60,000 nt of DNA from Lytechinus pictus (taxonomy: Eukaryota), in contig NC_087251.1 of NCBI RefSeq assembly GCF_037042905.1, forward strand, positions 3,846,001 through 3,906,000, read 5' to 3'. The notes beneath the pieces are model-generated. The model was given only the letters and a program-made list of their open reading frames with translations, made no database searches and was not told where the DNA came from. Made by a program: the position numbers and the translations under genes. This document shows, piece after piece, positions 59,941 to 60,000 of the stretch (positions within the stretch are counted from its first letter, which is position 1; every line of letters begins with the position of its first letter).

Positions 59941-60000
59941 ATACTTCAAATGGGATCGGAATCTAAAGGTGTCCTCTGCTCTAAAAAAAAACAAAATAAA

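Overview
Eukaryotic (animal) genomic DNA, AT-rich and repeat-dense; the repeat and gene content suggests a marine invertebrate deuterostome such as a sea urchin (inference). There are two spliced minus-strand genes. One is a complete 23-coding-exon nidogen/entactin gene (59640->19571, about 1186 aa: signal peptide, NIDO, EGF, G2F, 8 rod EGFs, YWTD propeller, EGF). The other is the first 7 exons of a CYP3-clan cytochrome P450 (14411->8962). A young >=8.5 kb non-LTR retrotransposon (ORF1, 4 kb spacer, intact APE-RT ORF2, (AAACTG)n tail) sits antisense in CYP intron 7. The most striking observation is in that spacer: a gapless 205-bp fold-back (3608-3812 with 3998-4202) with about 85 G-U wobble pairs and no A-C pairs. 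A 48-bp G-U-rich stem-loop domain, tandemly duplicated, lies nearby. These structures can form only in the element's sense RNA. The introns also hold a 41-copy 44-bp satellite born inside an inverted-repeat element, Helentron-like elements carrying nuclear-receptor-type direct repeats, tRNA-derived SINEs, MITEs, LINE fragments and many TA-NNNN-TA insertion scars. All pairings and counts were done by hand and should be recomputed.
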